A DNA stretch of 64,000 nt from Macrostomum lignano (GCA_002269645.1 NIVC01000753.1:248001-312000), one strand, 5' to 3'. Positions 50,609 to 64,000 are shown, numbered from the stretch's first letter. Program-made: numbers and translations. Notes: generated from the sequence alone by a model not told the origin.

Positions 50609-50652
50609 ATGAAAAGGAGGGCGACGAAGCTAAAGAAGACCCCAAAGAGTGA
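50609..50652 (+). CDS. YWHAE: 14-3-3 epsilon exon 4 (acidic tail)
   Basis: Polypyrimidine tract and CAG acceptor; phase-1 join gives DEKEGDEAKEDPKE followed by TGA. Confidence 0.85.
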
Positions 50653-53600
50653 ATTTTGATTCGATTTGAATCTCCACGCGGTTGCTAAGGCGGGCAACAA
50701 ACTTGAATCAAGAAGAATGCGGAGAGACAGTTTAGTAGGTCATAGCAACAGTTTTTTGCTTAGATTTAGACGGCTTATGCCTACTGTATCATCATGGTTC
50801 ATATATATTCCTCGCTTTAAAAAATCAGAACCCGTGACGTGAATAAATTTTTAGAAACTGTTTCTCACTAATTTGCAAAATGTAAGCTCTTTATCTCTCT
50901 GTCTAATTTTCTTGCCTACTTTTTGGCGCCCCTTTTTGTTTTCAACACACATTTCCTGTCTCGTATTGATGTCGTTGTTGTCTTTTTGCGATATGATACG
51001 ATTATTGGCTATCACTAATAATATAGATATGTTTTAGTAAACATTTTTGATCAATTGGTTAATAATTAAAGTATAAAGCATTCATTTTTTCCACACGCAA
51101 CTCCAAGGGTCTTTTCGCCTCGAATAGGGCTAATTTTTAATTACTAAATATAAGCAATATAACAGCTATAACTATCAATATTATTCTGTTGCTTAATAGC
51201 GCTTGTCACTAATCATTTAATAATATTAAGTTTTTGCGTTTCTTTTTGTGTAGTTTCTTTGATTCTTTATACGAGTAATTAAGTTCAAGCACGCTGTCAG
51301 AGACGCTAAGGGATTGATGAGATAAATTGCACCCTTGTCAAAGGGGACAAATCTCGAAAATGTTTAAATTGATATTGTGCGTTCGTAGAAATTACGTGAA
51401 TGTAAATGCGAGACTTTTTTTCATAAGCCCGAGATTGTATGCAATAACTGTATAATACAATGTATGCAGTAACTTGTATACATTGAAATGATATTATACT
51501 TACAATAGGTTAAAGAGTACCTTCCAAGGACCACTGTAGTAGAAGGACTCGGCACTCACGAATCACGGAAATAAGGTACAAAACAAAAGCCTAAACTTAA
51601 CTAATGCAACTTGTGAGTATTTACAAATTTGGGCTTATGAAATAAAAAAGTTTAGAAATGAAACTTTCACTACACAGCTATATGAAGTATAACATTGTAA
51701 AATATCAGGCATGCTGAACTATAAAAGAATGGTAATCTTCATTGCACCAAGTCAAATACAATAATCAATAATGTAGTTGAACTGTTTTTTTCCTATCTCC
51801 TAGAAATTGGCCTAATAATGACACGATTTTTTAGTTTTACGTCGTTATATTCTACAACAGTGGACCTTGATTTTTTAGTTACCTAATCTTAATATCATGA
51901 AAAAAGAGAAAACGAAGCGATTGCATTAGCAGAGAAGGTTGTTTAGCGGTAAAATTTACAATCCCGAAGGTCCGCAACAACGCAGTATTTGAAGAAGATA
52001 GGTTTTTGAGGATATTAAAAATTAGATAACCACGCGACTTTCGTTTTGCTTTACTTGTTTGCAAGCTAGTATTTCAATTAAAGAGGAAAGTGTGGTAGGC
52101 GAGGCGGCCTCCTATTCTTATTTTTCTCCGCGTGGATTTACTCACTAAGTGAAACACGCATACTGACGTCATTTCCCTGCGTGGAAAGCCCCTTTTTCCT
52201 CTCAGTGTATTCGGGCTCCCACTCCCCGTAACTTTGTTTTACTGTGCTTTGAATAGAGTTACACCCGGTGTTTAATCGTCACCAACCGCGGTGCACCCGA
52301 TCATTTCCATTGCCTGTAACTGTAACTCTCTTCCCACCCGGGGTAACCCCTTTCCTCCCAGTGGCTCATGAGAGCGCTATTTAAGAGTCTGCGCCCCCCT
52401 TTTCCCAGCCAGACTCTCGACTGGAACCCCCTTCTCGTTTGAACTCACCCCGAACTCACTCCGAGCTCCAGATATTCTAGGGGACCCTACGTGTAAGCCC
52501 GAGACTCCAGACCCGAACAGCTCCTCTCCCGACTGACCACGGCCTAATCTAACTTAACTAAAATAATAATAGTTAATTGCTTGTATTCTGTGTCCAATAA
52601 TCAACCGTCAATAATAATTAATATTCAGTTTTCTCTGGCCAACTAACTTTAAGCCAGCTAACTAATAGCTCATTTGTGTGTTAACCGGTGTCTTAGCCGA
52701 AAGCACTTTATTCGCACTTTATTCGACCCTCAGCTCTCAAGAGAAGTTCTAGGGCAAATCCGAGCAATTTTTGAGCTTTAGAGCTTTCCCACGAATATCC
52801 GCGGTGGTGGCAGCAAACTACTACTTACAGTAACACTTTGGACAAATTAGTTTATCTTAAGTTTCCCGTATCGGCTACAATTACTGCATTCGGCTTTCTG
52901 ATTGTCGGAAAAAGTAGACCGCTCAGCCGCGACCACAGCTACCCTCCCCCTGAGCCAGAGGAACTCAGCAGCCGGAGCTCCCCTTCATCTGCAAGCCAAA
53001 ATCTTCGCCCGAGTTTGTTTGAATCGTCGGAAACAGCACCGATTTGAACGGCTGAAAAGCGAGCGAAATCAACCCGCAGGCAATTAAGAAAGAGATTTAA
53101 CCCCCCCGTCCTCAAAGCATTAGATTTTAAAACTCGATTTTCGTGTCGAAAGTTTACAAGTGCTCAACAAATATTTGTATGAGTGTATTTCTAGTTCTTT
53201 ATAAAGCCTTGTAAATGCAATAAGCCCATACTAATTAGAGAAATAAATAGGATCGCTAAAATAAATATAGGGCCTAGGCCTAGTCTCGAAAAATTGAGCC
53301 AAGTGACTTGTAAGAATTGGAATTACATGATAGCGTAACGGTGTTTCTCTGTTAATTTGTGTTTCTCTGTGGTAACAGTGTTTCTCTGTGTTTTCTCTTA
53401 CTTCATGGTAATGGCTAGAGGCCTAGAGTTCCAGCACCATGGCTGCTAGGCCCCTATCTTGGCCAATTCAGATGCACTCTTAGTCAGTGTGTCATCATGC
53501 ATTTACCAGGCAATTTCTATGTGGCCATTGGCGCTATTTAGGCAACAATTGGCCTGCTTGGCTTCAAAAGCTGCCATATTTGCAGCATTGTTAGCCTTGC

Positions 53601-55467
53601 TTAACTTGTCACTTGTAGCCACCTCCATAATAGTAGCCCTCAAATGCTTTTTGGTCACCAAGTTATTAATTTTTGATACACTCTCAATGGGCCACAGTGG
53701 TATCCAATGTAATAGGCCCAGCATAGATGCACCTGCTGGTAGCCAATGCAACATATAAACTGTATATTTAATATAGCAGCAAGCATACTTCATCATGTTT
53801 ACTTAGTACTTAATGCTAGAATATTTATGTGTAATAAGGTATTTAATTAGGAATAAATCAAAATTAACAATCCCATCATTAAGGAATTTAAAAGAGTTAA
53901 AATAACTTCAATCAGCATTGTGATTCTCCTTATCTGTGTTTAACTTTTGTCTAAATGGCACATTCCTTTTTTATTCCTTTTGGTATCATTTGAATATTCT
54001 AGCAGTCAAATATTAGAATGAATTAAAGTTTACCAAAAATTTGTTGGTAATACTACATTCATTAATTAAGTTACAATTGTTATTCCTGCTAACATACATA
54101 ACTTTGTAATGCAATATAGTATATCAATACCACAGTAATGAAAAACAACATTAAATTATTACTAATGCATTTCTACTATTTTCATATTAAAGCAATGTGT
54201 TATTTGTGTTATTTATTTTGATAAATTATTTGAATTAATTTTGTACTTTGATCAGCATTGCAATTCTACTTATGTATTAAACTTTTGTCTAAATGGCATA
54301 TTCCTTTCTTACTCATTTTGGTATCATATGACTGAATCTGCCAGTAGTCTAATAATATCATCATTAACTATTCAACAAAATCTAAATTAATATAAATTAC
54401 ACAATAACTTTAATTCATGCTTCAAAACAAACCATTTTTTGTATATAACAGTATATTTTCATTTAAATATTATTTGCCCAAAAGGACCTTAAAAGTTGTC
54501 CAATTAATAGAAATATGGTAATCATATCTACTATATATTATATATAAAATCTACTACTTGTCTTGAACTACACAATGAGCAAACTCTATGCATACATATT
54601 CAAATATTCAGCTGCCATCAATGGGTATATACTGGATACATTAAATTATGTGTGCAAAACTGACATTTTAAAATGGCCATATTTTTTAGAAAGTGTACAT
54701 CTTATACAACATACCTTTATGCAAAAAATAATATATTACATATGGTTTTCTTATATCCAATAAATCTTTTACAAAATACAGTTTATTGAAAAAGAAGTAA
54801 GAACTGGTAAAAAGAAGGACACACAAAAGCATTTATTAAATGTGCTAAATGGCATAGCTATGGCACAACTGGTACAATTGTAGCAAGTATGCCAAGTATG
54901 CCAAAAAGGACATACAAAGACAATTACAACTATGGCGAATGGCATAGCTAAGGCACAACTAGTACAATTGTGCAGTGTGCCAAAAAGTATACAAAGACAA
55001 TTATAGCTCTATCAAAGGGTATACTCGTATTTGTGGCACAACTGGCACACTTACTGTTTTTAAAAGGACAATTACTTTCAATCAGGATATATTTATATAT
55101 TATTTGCATTATTATATATCCATATCAATGTCACTCATAAAAAAGCATCAAGGTAAATTAAACTAATCATTGACACTAGCATACAGTACAACTAGGCACC
55201 AAAGTAACTTGGTACTACAAAGTACTTGTATCCAAATATCTGGCACCAAGTGTCTGGCATTCAGGTGAGCTACCCTTTCACCATCTTTCTATCTCCCAGT
55301 AAACAAGACTCACCCAAGGAATTCTAGTTAGTACAGGTTGGATGAAATTTGTGGCCACTCTTAAGCTTTATTTTATTTTTATTTATTTTTCTTTTCATTT
55401 GATATATTGAGCACATCAGCCCTAGCTGGGGTCTTACACCTTTTTCATCTAATTTTAACAAAACTCG

Positions 55468-57091
55468 CATTCAATTTCAGCAAACTGACATTCAATTTCA
55501 TCATTATATATTTAGCTACTTTAACCACCATTCAAATTTGGCAGAGACCCATTCAATTTTGGCAATTGGATATTCTATTTCACACTATAGCCCTATTGCA
55601 GCCAAGGTCTGAACCGCGCCGGACGCCCCCCTTTCCCGCGCCAGACATCTACTCGTACCGCGCCAGGGCCAGTCCCCAGGATCAGTGATTTGCTTCAATA
55701 TAACCCTCTGTGCCCCTCCTCACGTGTGCCCCCACACCCCTCTCCCATGCCCCCGCGCCACGCCGCCGCGCGCCGCCGCCACACGCCACGCCACCGCGTG
55801 CCACCGCCACGCGCCGCGCCGCCGCCGCGCGCCGCGCCGCCGCCAGGCCAAAATCCGCGCCGGACGCCGTCCACGAAAATGGCCATTGGCTGCAATAGGG
55901 CACTATAGTGAGGGCGATATTTCTGTCTATGGACAAAACTTGCTCCTGCATGTAGATTTCCCATTCAATTTTGGCATGCTACATTCAATTAAAACATAAG
56001 GCATGGAGGCAGAGACAGAGGCAGCATTATGAGTTGCACCAGATGGATATAATCTTGCCCATTCTCTTGTGCCTCAGAAGATGGGCTCTGTCTCCATCAG
56101 ACACTTGTCCATATAGCATTCAGTGTTCAACCTCATATTTGTCACCAATTTATTTTTCAGCTGAATCACAGATAGCTACAGTATTTGTTGTCAGTTTAAA
56201 AGGGGGCTGATTAAGATTGATATAGTACACTAAAAATTGCATCAAAATATTATGCTGAAATTGAATGCAACATGCCAAAATCAAAGAATACTGAGCTAAT
56301 ATATAGAATGTCAGTGTTGTTCAAAAAGTGAAGCTGAAATCTCGATTCCTCAGGCACTTACTTTTTTATCATAAACAGAAAAACAAAAGCAGCATTCAAC
56401 CAAAGAATACTGAGCAAATAATACTGAGCGTTTGCACAAGACTATTCTTTTCTTAAACTTTTGACTGAAATTTAACGTTACATGTCATTGTATTCCAACA
56501 GAAAGGCGTCTTATTATTAAATGACTTCCTTAATAAATTTTGTTTATGGTCAAAAAGTAAGTGCCCAAGGAATCGAGATTTCAGCTTCACTTTTTGAATG
56601 ACACTGGCATTCTATGTATTAGCTCAGTATTCTTTGGCCAAAATCGAATAGGAAATCTGCATGCAGGAGCAAGTTCTGTCCATAGACAGAAATAATGCCC
56701 TCACCATGCTATGAACATAGATCTATTCCTTCATCCATGGCTATGAAGTATAAGATAACACCCCTTGATTTGTTTTTTTTGGCGTGAAGAATGGCTGAGG
56801 ATGCGTTTCTAGGCCGAGGCGAAGCTAAGGGAGGACACAAATCTGGGGGTGTTATTATATTTGAGCAAAAGTGTGGCTCATCCAGGCGCTGTTCTGCATT
56901 AGCTGATTTCACGGCCAGGCTGTGAAATATTTCCTGGCCCGGCCATTAAATAAATGCATTACATACCATAGACACTGGACTGAGCCACACTGGGGTTTAA
57001 ATTAAAATATCCTATTGCCGAAATTGAGTGACAATTGAAGTAGCTAAATATAGAATGATGAAATTGAATTTTGGCTTGCTGAAATTGAATG
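55468..57091. repeat. Nested inverted-repeat (foldback/MITE-like) cluster
   Basis: Five inverted-repeat pairs: 55468-55580/57004-57091, 55583-55605/55886-55910, 55908-55975/56637-56704, 55968-55990/56259-56281 and 56282-56366/56552-56636. Confidence 0.7.
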
Positions 57092-57375
57092 GAAAAATGT
57101 GTTTGCTATTAATATTGTATTTGTCAATTTTAATATATCTGAGTTCCAAGTTAGAAATTTTTTTTATTTTAGCCTAGATAATTTTTTAGAACCCTTTTTT
57201 CCAATCACTAGGAAAAATTTCCTATCACCATTTTTTTGGCTACTGAGCCCTACTACAATAGTAGTATGATGGATAAAGCACTTAAAATTCTCCTATGTTA
57301 AATTTTACAAATGATTACACATTGTCGTTCTATGACAATTTCAAATCTAAATATTGCGCAGTTGCAGCCTAAATC

Positions 57376-57774
57376 ATGTCCGTAGTGAAGAAAGCCTTCG
57401 AAGGCTCTGGCAAAAAGGCCCAGGCGGCAGCCCAGGACAGCCCAGCCAAGGCCGACAGGCTTGACCCGTTCCGCAACAAAAATGAAATCAAATCCAAGAA
57501 GCAGAAGCGCTCGCAGGGCAGCTCGCACTACAGGCCGAAGGCGCCAACGGAGCTGACCCCGCTGCCGCTATTGAAGGACGCCGCTTCCGGCGACCAGCTC
57601 GACCTGTTTGTGAAGAAGATGCAGCAGTGCTGCGTTGTATTCGACTTCTCCGACCCTGTGTCTGATCTCAAGTCCAAGGAGGTGAAGCGGACCTGCTTGA
57701 ACGAGCTGGTAGACTTTGTCACCGTGACCAGAGGCGTGCTGCAGGATGCCACCTACCCCGAGATTGTTCGGATG
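57376..57774 (+). CDS. PPP2R5: PP2A regulatory subunit B56/B' (alpha/epsilon, widerborst-like), coding exon 1; join(57376..57774,58751..58852,60485..60577,61786..62310,63153..63382,…), 3' end outside the window
   Basis: KQKRSQGSSHY…ELTPLPLLKD…LFVKKMQQCCVVFDF…KEVKRTCLNELVD…YPEIVRM; GTGAGT donor. Confidence 0.93.
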
Positions 57775-57929
57775 GTGAGTTTAAGTTAAAAATCGAATAA
57801 ACTACCCAGCACTTTACACCTCTGAGCCGCTCTGACCGATATAAGTTGCAGAAGTCTGCAGAATCCATGTTTTCAAGTTACTTAGAAGATTAAACATGTC
57901 TTTTGAGAGACCTTTTTTATTAATCACGA

Positions 57930-58350
57930 TGGCTCCCGAAAACGCCTGGATCTATGAAAATAGCTCCCGAAAACGCCCGAGGGATCTATGAGAATAGCTC
58001 CCGAAAACGCCCGAGGGATCTATGAGAATAGCTCCAGAGAAAGGCCCGCGGGATCTATGAGAATAGCTCAAGAGAAAGGCCCGAGGGATCTATGAGAATA
58101 GCTCAAGAGAAAGGCCCGAGGGATCTATGAGAATAGCTCCAGAGAAAGGCCCGAGGGATCTATGAGAATAGCTCCAGAGAAAGGCCCGAGGGATCTATGA
58201 GAATAGCTCCAGAGAAAGTCCCGAGGGATCTATGAGAATAGCTCCAGAGAAAGTCCCGAGGGATCTATGAGAATAGCTCCAGAGAAAGGCCCGAGGGATC
58301 TATGAGAATAGCTCCAGAGAAAGGCCCGAGGGATCTATGAGAATGGCTCC
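57930..58350. repeat. 35-bp minisatellite (GAGGGATCTATGAGAATAGCTCCAGAGAAAGGCCC)n in B56 intron 1
   Basis: Period 35 (58083 vs 58118). Confidence 0.93.
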
Positions 58351-58750
58351 TGAAAACAAGGCATGTTTACTCGGATTTTGCAATCGATAGAAGTCTACAA
58401 AAAATCCAAATAATTAAAAAATAAATACTTCAAATGAAATATAAATTTCAAAAATGCAGAAATTTACGAATTTGGTATCCGGGGTCAAAATTCGGGATGC
58501 CAACAGTTTAATTTAATGTGTCATGACAGGAGCCCAAGTAGGGCACAAAAAACAGTTCACTAATAGCAGCAGCAGGTAGGAGTCGACGTTTCGATCCGAG
58601 GTTTCCTAAAGCTCCATTAGATTATGCCTTTATTGCGGAAACGGTTTGAAAAAGTCATTTGAAAACTTTCATTTTTATTGAAGATAAAAGCGTCAAGTGA
58701 CAATGTTGGTTTTCGCAAACACTGGGCCATTGGGTCACCGCACATTACAG

Positions 58751-58852
58751 ATTGCCTGCAACATATTCCGAACTTTGCCGCTGTCTGACAATGTCGATTT
58801 TGATCCTGAGGAGGACGACCCGACTTTGGAGGCTTCTTGGCCGCACTTGCAG
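58751..58852 (+). CDS. PPP2R5: PPP2R5 exon 2
   Basis: [10 protein letters not shown]…[18 protein letters not shown]; this frame is below the track's length cut-off. Confidence 0.94.
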
Positions 58853-58912
58853 GTACTGTTGCCAAAGCTTTGAAGCTCCTTGGGCATTGCGACTGATCAT
58901 TTTTACTCACAA

Positions 58913-60378
58913 TTCATTAGGAATCGCCCTCCCTCACTTCATTAGAAATCGCCCTCCCTCACTTCATTAGGAATCGCCCTCCCTCACTTCATTAGGAATC
59001 GCCCTCCCTCACTTCATTAGGAATCGCCCTCCCTCACTTCATTAGGAATCGCCCTCCCTCACTTCATTAGGAATCGCCCTCCCTCACTTCATTAGGAATC
59101 GCCCTCCCTCACTTCATTAGGAATCGCCCTCCCTCACTTCATTAGGAATCGCCCTCTCTCACTTCATTAGGAATCGCCCTCCCTCACTTCATTAGGAATC
59201 GCCCTCTCTCACTTCATTAGGAATCGCCCTCCCTCAGTTCATAAGGAATCGCCCTCCCTCAGTTCATAAGGAATCGCCCTCCCTCAGTTCATAAGGAATC
59301 GCCCTCCCTCACTTCATTAGGAATCGCCCTCCCTCACTTCATTAGGAATCGCCCTCTCTCACTTCATTAGGAATCGCCCTCCCTCACTTCATTAGGAATC
59401 GCCCTCCCTCACTTCATTAGGAATCGCCCTCCCTCAGTTCATAAGGAATCGCCCTCCCTCAGTTCATAAGGAATCGCCCTCCCTCAGTTCATAAGGAATC
59501 GCCCTCTCTCACTTCATAAGGAATCGCCCTCCCTCAGTTCATAAGGAATCGCCCTCTCTCACTTCATAAGGAATCGCCCTCCCTCAGTTCATAAGGAATC
59601 GCCCTCCCTCACTTCATTAGGAATCGCCCTCTCTCACTTCATTAGAAATCGCCCTCTCTCACTTCATTAGGAATCGCCCTCCCTCACTTCATTAGAAATC
59701 GCCCTCCCTCACTTCATTAGAAATCGCCCTCCCTCACTTCATTAGGAATCGCCCTCCCTCACTTCATTAGAAATCGCCCTCCCTCACTTCATTAGAAATC
59801 GCCCTCTCTCACTTCATTAGGAATCGCCCTCTCTCACTTCATTAGGAATCGCCCTCTCTCACTTCATTAGGAATCGCCCTCTCTCACTTCATTAGGAATC
59901 GCCCTCTCTCACTTCATTAGGAATCGCCCTCTCTCACTTCATTAGGAATCGCCCTCCCTCAGTTCATTAGGAATCGCCCTCTCTCACTTCATTAGGAATC
60001 GCCCTCCCTCACTTCATTAGGAATCGCCCTCCCTCAGTTCATTAGGAATCGCCCTCCCTCAGTTCATAAGGAATCGCCCTCCCTCAGTTCATAAGGAATC
60101 GCCCTCCCTCAGTTCATAAGGAATCGCCCTCCCTCAGTTCATAAGGAATCGCCCTCCCTCAGTTCATAAGGAATCGCCCTCCCTCAGTTCATAAGGAATC
60201 GCCCTCTCTCACTTCATTAGGAATCGCCCTCTCTCACTTCATTAGGAATCGCCCTCTTTCACTTCATTAGGAATCGCCCTCTCTCACTTCATTAGGAATC
60301 GCCCTCTCTCACTTCATTAGGAATCGCCCTCTCTCACTTCATTAGGAATCGCCCTCTCTCACTTCATTAGGAATCGCC
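58913..60378. repeat. 25-bp minisatellite (GAATCGCCCTCCCTCACTTCATTAG)n in B56 intron 2, ~58 copies
   Basis: Period 25 read directly. Confidence 0.96.
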
Positions 60379-60484
60379 ATTTAATTGACCAGAAAATTTC
60401 CCTTTACCTGCAGCCATTTTCTATGATTTCCGCTTTTTAACAATAAACTAAACTAAACTTTTGCTTTTAACTTTAATTTTTCAG

Positions 60485-60577
60485 TTTGTGTACGAATTCT
60501 TTTTGCGCGTTTTGGAATCGCCCGACTTTCAACCATCCGTGGCTAAGAAATACATTGATCAGAGATTTGTTCTGCAG
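60485..60577 (+). CDS. PPP2R5: PPP2R5 exon 3
   Basis: [31 protein letters not shown]; CAG acceptor and GTAAGG donor. Confidence 0.94.
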
Positions 60578-60611
60578 GTAAGGCTTTCGGGTGTATAGAT
60601 TCTTGATAAGT

Positions 60612-61768
60612 CTAGACCGGTTGCAGACCGGACTGCAATCAGTGAGTAGTTGCAATGAATCCAGACCGGACTGCAATCAGTGAGTAGTTGCAGTGAATCC
60701 AGACCGGCCTGCAATCAGTGAGTAGTTATATCAATGAATCCAGTCCGGACTGCAATCAGTGAGTAGTTGCAATGAATCCAGTCCGGACTGCAATCAGTGA
60801 GTAGTTGCAGTGAATCCAGACCGGCCTGCAATCAGTGAGTAGTTGCAGTGAATCCAGACCGGCCTGCAATCAGTGAGTAGTTGCAGTGAATCCAGACCGG
60901 GCTGCAATCAGTGAGTAGTTGCAGTGAATCCAGACCGGCCTGCAATCAGTGAGTAGTTGCAGTGAATCCAGACCGGGCTGCAATCAGTGAGTAGTTGCAA
61001 TGAATCCAGACCGGCCTGCAATCAGTGAGTAGTTGCAGTGAATCCAGACCGGGCTGCAATCAGTGAGTAGTTGCAATGAATCCAGACCGGCCTGCAATCA
61101 GTGAGTAGTTGCAGTGAATCCAGACCCGGGCTGCAATCAGTGAGTAGTTGCAGTGAATCCAGACCGGCCTGCAATCAGTGAGTAGTTGCAGTGAATCCAG
61201 ACCGGACTGCAATCAGTGAGTAGTTGCAGTGAATCCAGACCGGACTGCAATCAGTGAGTAGTTGCAGTGAATCCAGACCGGCCTGCAATCAGTGAGTAGT
61301 TATATCAATGAATCCAGACCGGACTGCAATCAGTGAGTAGTTGCAATGAATCCAGTCCGGACTGCAATCAGTGAGTAGTTGCAATGAATCTAGACCGAAC
61401 TGCAATCAGTGAGTAGTTGCAGTGAATCCAGACCGGGCTGCAATCAGTGAGTAGTTGCAGTGAATCCAGACCGGGCTGCAATCAGTGAGTAGTTGCAATG
61501 AATCCAGACCGGGCTGCAATCAGTGAGTAGTTGCAATGAATCCAGACCGGACTGCAATCAGTGAGTAGTTGCAGTGAATCCAGACCGGCCTGCAATCAGT
61601 GAGTAGTTGCAGTGAATCCAGACCCGGGCTGCAATCAGTGAGTAGTTGCAGTGAATCCAGACCGGCCTGCAATCAGTGAGTAGTTGCAGTGAATCCAGAC
61701 CGGGCTGCAATCAGTGAGTAGTTATATCAATGAATCCAGACCGGCCTGCAATCAGTGAGTAGTTGCAA
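60612..61768. repeat. 38-bp minisatellite (GAATCCAGACCGGACTGCAATCAGTGAGTAGTTGCAGT)n in B56 intron 3, ~30 copies
   Basis: Period 38 (60657 vs 60695). Confidence 0.96.
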
Positions 61769-61785
61769 TTATCAATGCCCCGCAG

Positions 61786-62310
61786 CTGCTCGAGCTATTT
61801 GACAGCGAGGATCCGCGCGAGCGCGATTTCCTGAAGACGGTGCTGCACCGAATCTATGGCAAATTTCTCGGGCTTCGAGCTTTCATACGCAAGCAGATTA
61901 ATAACATATTTCTGCGCTTCATCTACGAGACTGAAATGTTTAATGGCGTAGGCGAATTGCTGGAGATTCTGGGCAGCATCATCAACGGGTTCGCCCTGCC
62001 TCTGAAGGCCGAGCACAAGCAGTTCCTAGTGAAGGTGCTGATGCCGCTGCACAAGGCCAAATCCCTGGGCATGTTTCACGCGCAGCTGGCCTACTGCGTT
62101 GTGCAGTTCCTTGAGAAGGACTCCAGCCTCACCGAGCAGGTGGTGCTCGGACTGCTCAAATTCTGGCCTAGAACAGTGAGCTCCAAGGAGATCATGTTCC
62201 TAGGAGAAATTGAGGAGATTCTCGATGTTATCGAGCCCGCTCAGTTTGAGAAAATTATGCGGCCTCTGTTCAAACAGATTGCCAAGTCTGTGAGCAGTTC
62301 GCACTTTCAG
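61786..62310 (+). CDS. PPP2R5: PPP2R5 exon 4
   Basis: [27 protein letters not shown]…[24 protein letters not shown]…SSHFQ. Confidence 0.96.
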
Positions 62311-62970
62311 GTGAGCAAATTGTGCATATTCTTAAGGTGCAAAGTGTCTTGTTATCTTTTAAAGTAAAGAATATTAATTCTTTCTGTCTACTATTAGTAG
62401 CTTAATTAGCTAATAATAAATAAGTTTTGTTCACTGCAGTTGCTTCATTTTGTCTTCTGGGGCTCCTTTAAGAAAGGAATTATTAGGATCAAAGTATTGT
62501 AGGTTAGGCTTCTTTGCTATACTGGCAAATATTAAATACCCTGTTTTGTCTAGCTCTAACTTGACCCAGAGGCTTTTCACCATTCATTTCAATCGACAGT
62601 ATATTTATTATAAAAAATGCTTTTTTCGAAGTACTATACGATTAGATGAAATGCCGGTATTGGAGGTAGGAGCATAAAAATCGATATTTGTGCGTACAAT
62701 CAAGTAGTTTGGATAAAATAAATGACAAAGTGAATAAATATTGTACTTCAATTAAAATGATTCAATGGTTTCCTGGCTGAGACTTAAATTTATTGGGAGC
62801 CAGGAGGCTCTGTAAGTTACGTTGCCGTGTAAAAGCGGGCAGTATGCGGGAGCCTGCTTTATTTTGTAGCTTATCAAAGTTTTTAGCAATCTCGTTGGCG
62901 AGCCAGACCGTAGATGGGTGAAAAGGAAGGACCATTGGGATGGGTCGGAGAAGATGATTGTCAACCCTGA

Positions 62971-63106
<136 letters not shown>

Positions 63107-63152
63107 TGTCGGACGCGTTTTACCGCTGAGCTGCTCTGATCTTTACCTTCAG

Positions 63153-63382
63153 GTTGCCGAGCGGTCTCTGTTCTACTGGAACAATGAGTACATAATGTCG
63201 CTAGTTGAAGAGAACAACGAAGTACTGATGCCTATCCTGTTCCCTGCTCTGTATAGAATCTCGCGCGAGCACTGGAACCAGACTATTGTAGCCCTGGTGT
63301 ACAATGTGCTTAAAGGCTTTATGGAGATGAATACGAAGCTGTTTGACGATCTCACCAATGCCTACAAGGCTGAACGACAAAA
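63153..63382 (+). CDS. PPP2R5: PPP2R5 exon 5
   Basis: [17 protein letters not shown]…[21 protein letters not shown]…; GTGAGT donor at 63383. Confidence 0.95.
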
Positions 63383-63477
63383 GTGAGTTGAAGCTTTTTT
63401 TTTTAACGGAGTGAATCGTAGAAACTCTGATAGCGCTGATGGCACCCCCTCCTGCAAGCATTACTTACCGCATCTTT

Positions 63478-64000
63478 CCAGGGTTTCAGCCTCTCATTTC
63501 AAGGGGGTTGCAGCCTCTCATATTTCAAGGGGGTTGCAGCCTCTCATTTCAAGGAGGTTGCAGCCTCTCATTTCAAGGGGGTTGAAGCCTCTCATTTCAA
63601 GGGGGTTGCAGCCTCTCATTTCAAGGGGGTTGCAGCCTCTCATATTTCAAGGGGGTTGCAGCCTCTCATTTCAAGGAGGTTGCAGCCTCTCATTTCAAGG
63701 GAGTTGCAGCCTCTCATTTCAAGGGGGTTGCAGCCTCTCATTTCAAGGGGGTTGCAGCCTCTCATATTTCAAGGGGGTTGCAGCCTCTCATATTTCAAGG
63801 GGGTTGCAGCCTTTCATATTTCAAGGGGGTTGCAGCCTTTCATAGTTCAAGGGGGTTATAGCCTTTCATATTTCAAGGGGGTTGCAGCCTTTCATATTTC
63901 AAGGGGGTTGCAGCCTCTCATATTTCAAGGGGGTTGCAGCCTTTCATATTTCAAGGGGGTTGCAGCCTTTCATAGTTCAAGGGGGTTGCAGCCTCTCATA
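63478..64000. repeat. 24/26-bp minisatellite (TTTCAAGGGGGTTGCAGCCTCTCA[TA])n in B56 intron 5, running off the window
   Basis: Tandem units read directly. Confidence 0.95.

Noticed and set aside
55682-55999. Arg/Ala/Pro-rich ORFs in the GC-rich patch
   Set aside because: Low-complexity CCGCG repeats are open in most frames and lie inside an inverted-repeat module.

Overview
Animal (metazoan) genomic DNA with GC-rich exons, AT-rich introns and an extreme tandem-repeat load. The pattern recalls repeat-rich invertebrate genomes such as the flatworm Macrostomum, but species identity cannot be established from this window. I can support four spliced protein-coding genes, all on the + strand: an orphan single-pass membrane protein (2433-3967), ubiquitin-conjugating enzyme UBE2H (7224-11354, whose first intron is U12/minor-spliceosome type), 14-3-3 epsilon (44965-50652), and a PP2A B56/PPP2R5 regulatory subunit (from 57376, running off the right edge). 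The dominant structure is a 28-kb block (15951-43959) between UBE2H and 14-3-3 that reads as non-autonomous Helitrons on the minus strand. Four family-1 units (D, C, B, A) are joined head-to-tail at CTAG|T junctions. A second 9,846-bp head-to-tail train of four family-2 units (E1-E4, with non-canonical CTCG/CTTG 3' ends) is inserted at an A|T site, without target duplication, inside the 23-bp satellite of unit C. These elements carry their own satellites, microsatellites and TTAGGG repeats, and some joined neighbours are clearly different subfamilies. Many introns, including all five visible B56 introns, are filled by their own private tandem repeat. No RepHel ORF, RNA gene or CRISPR array was found, and most ORFs in the track are artefacts of repeats.
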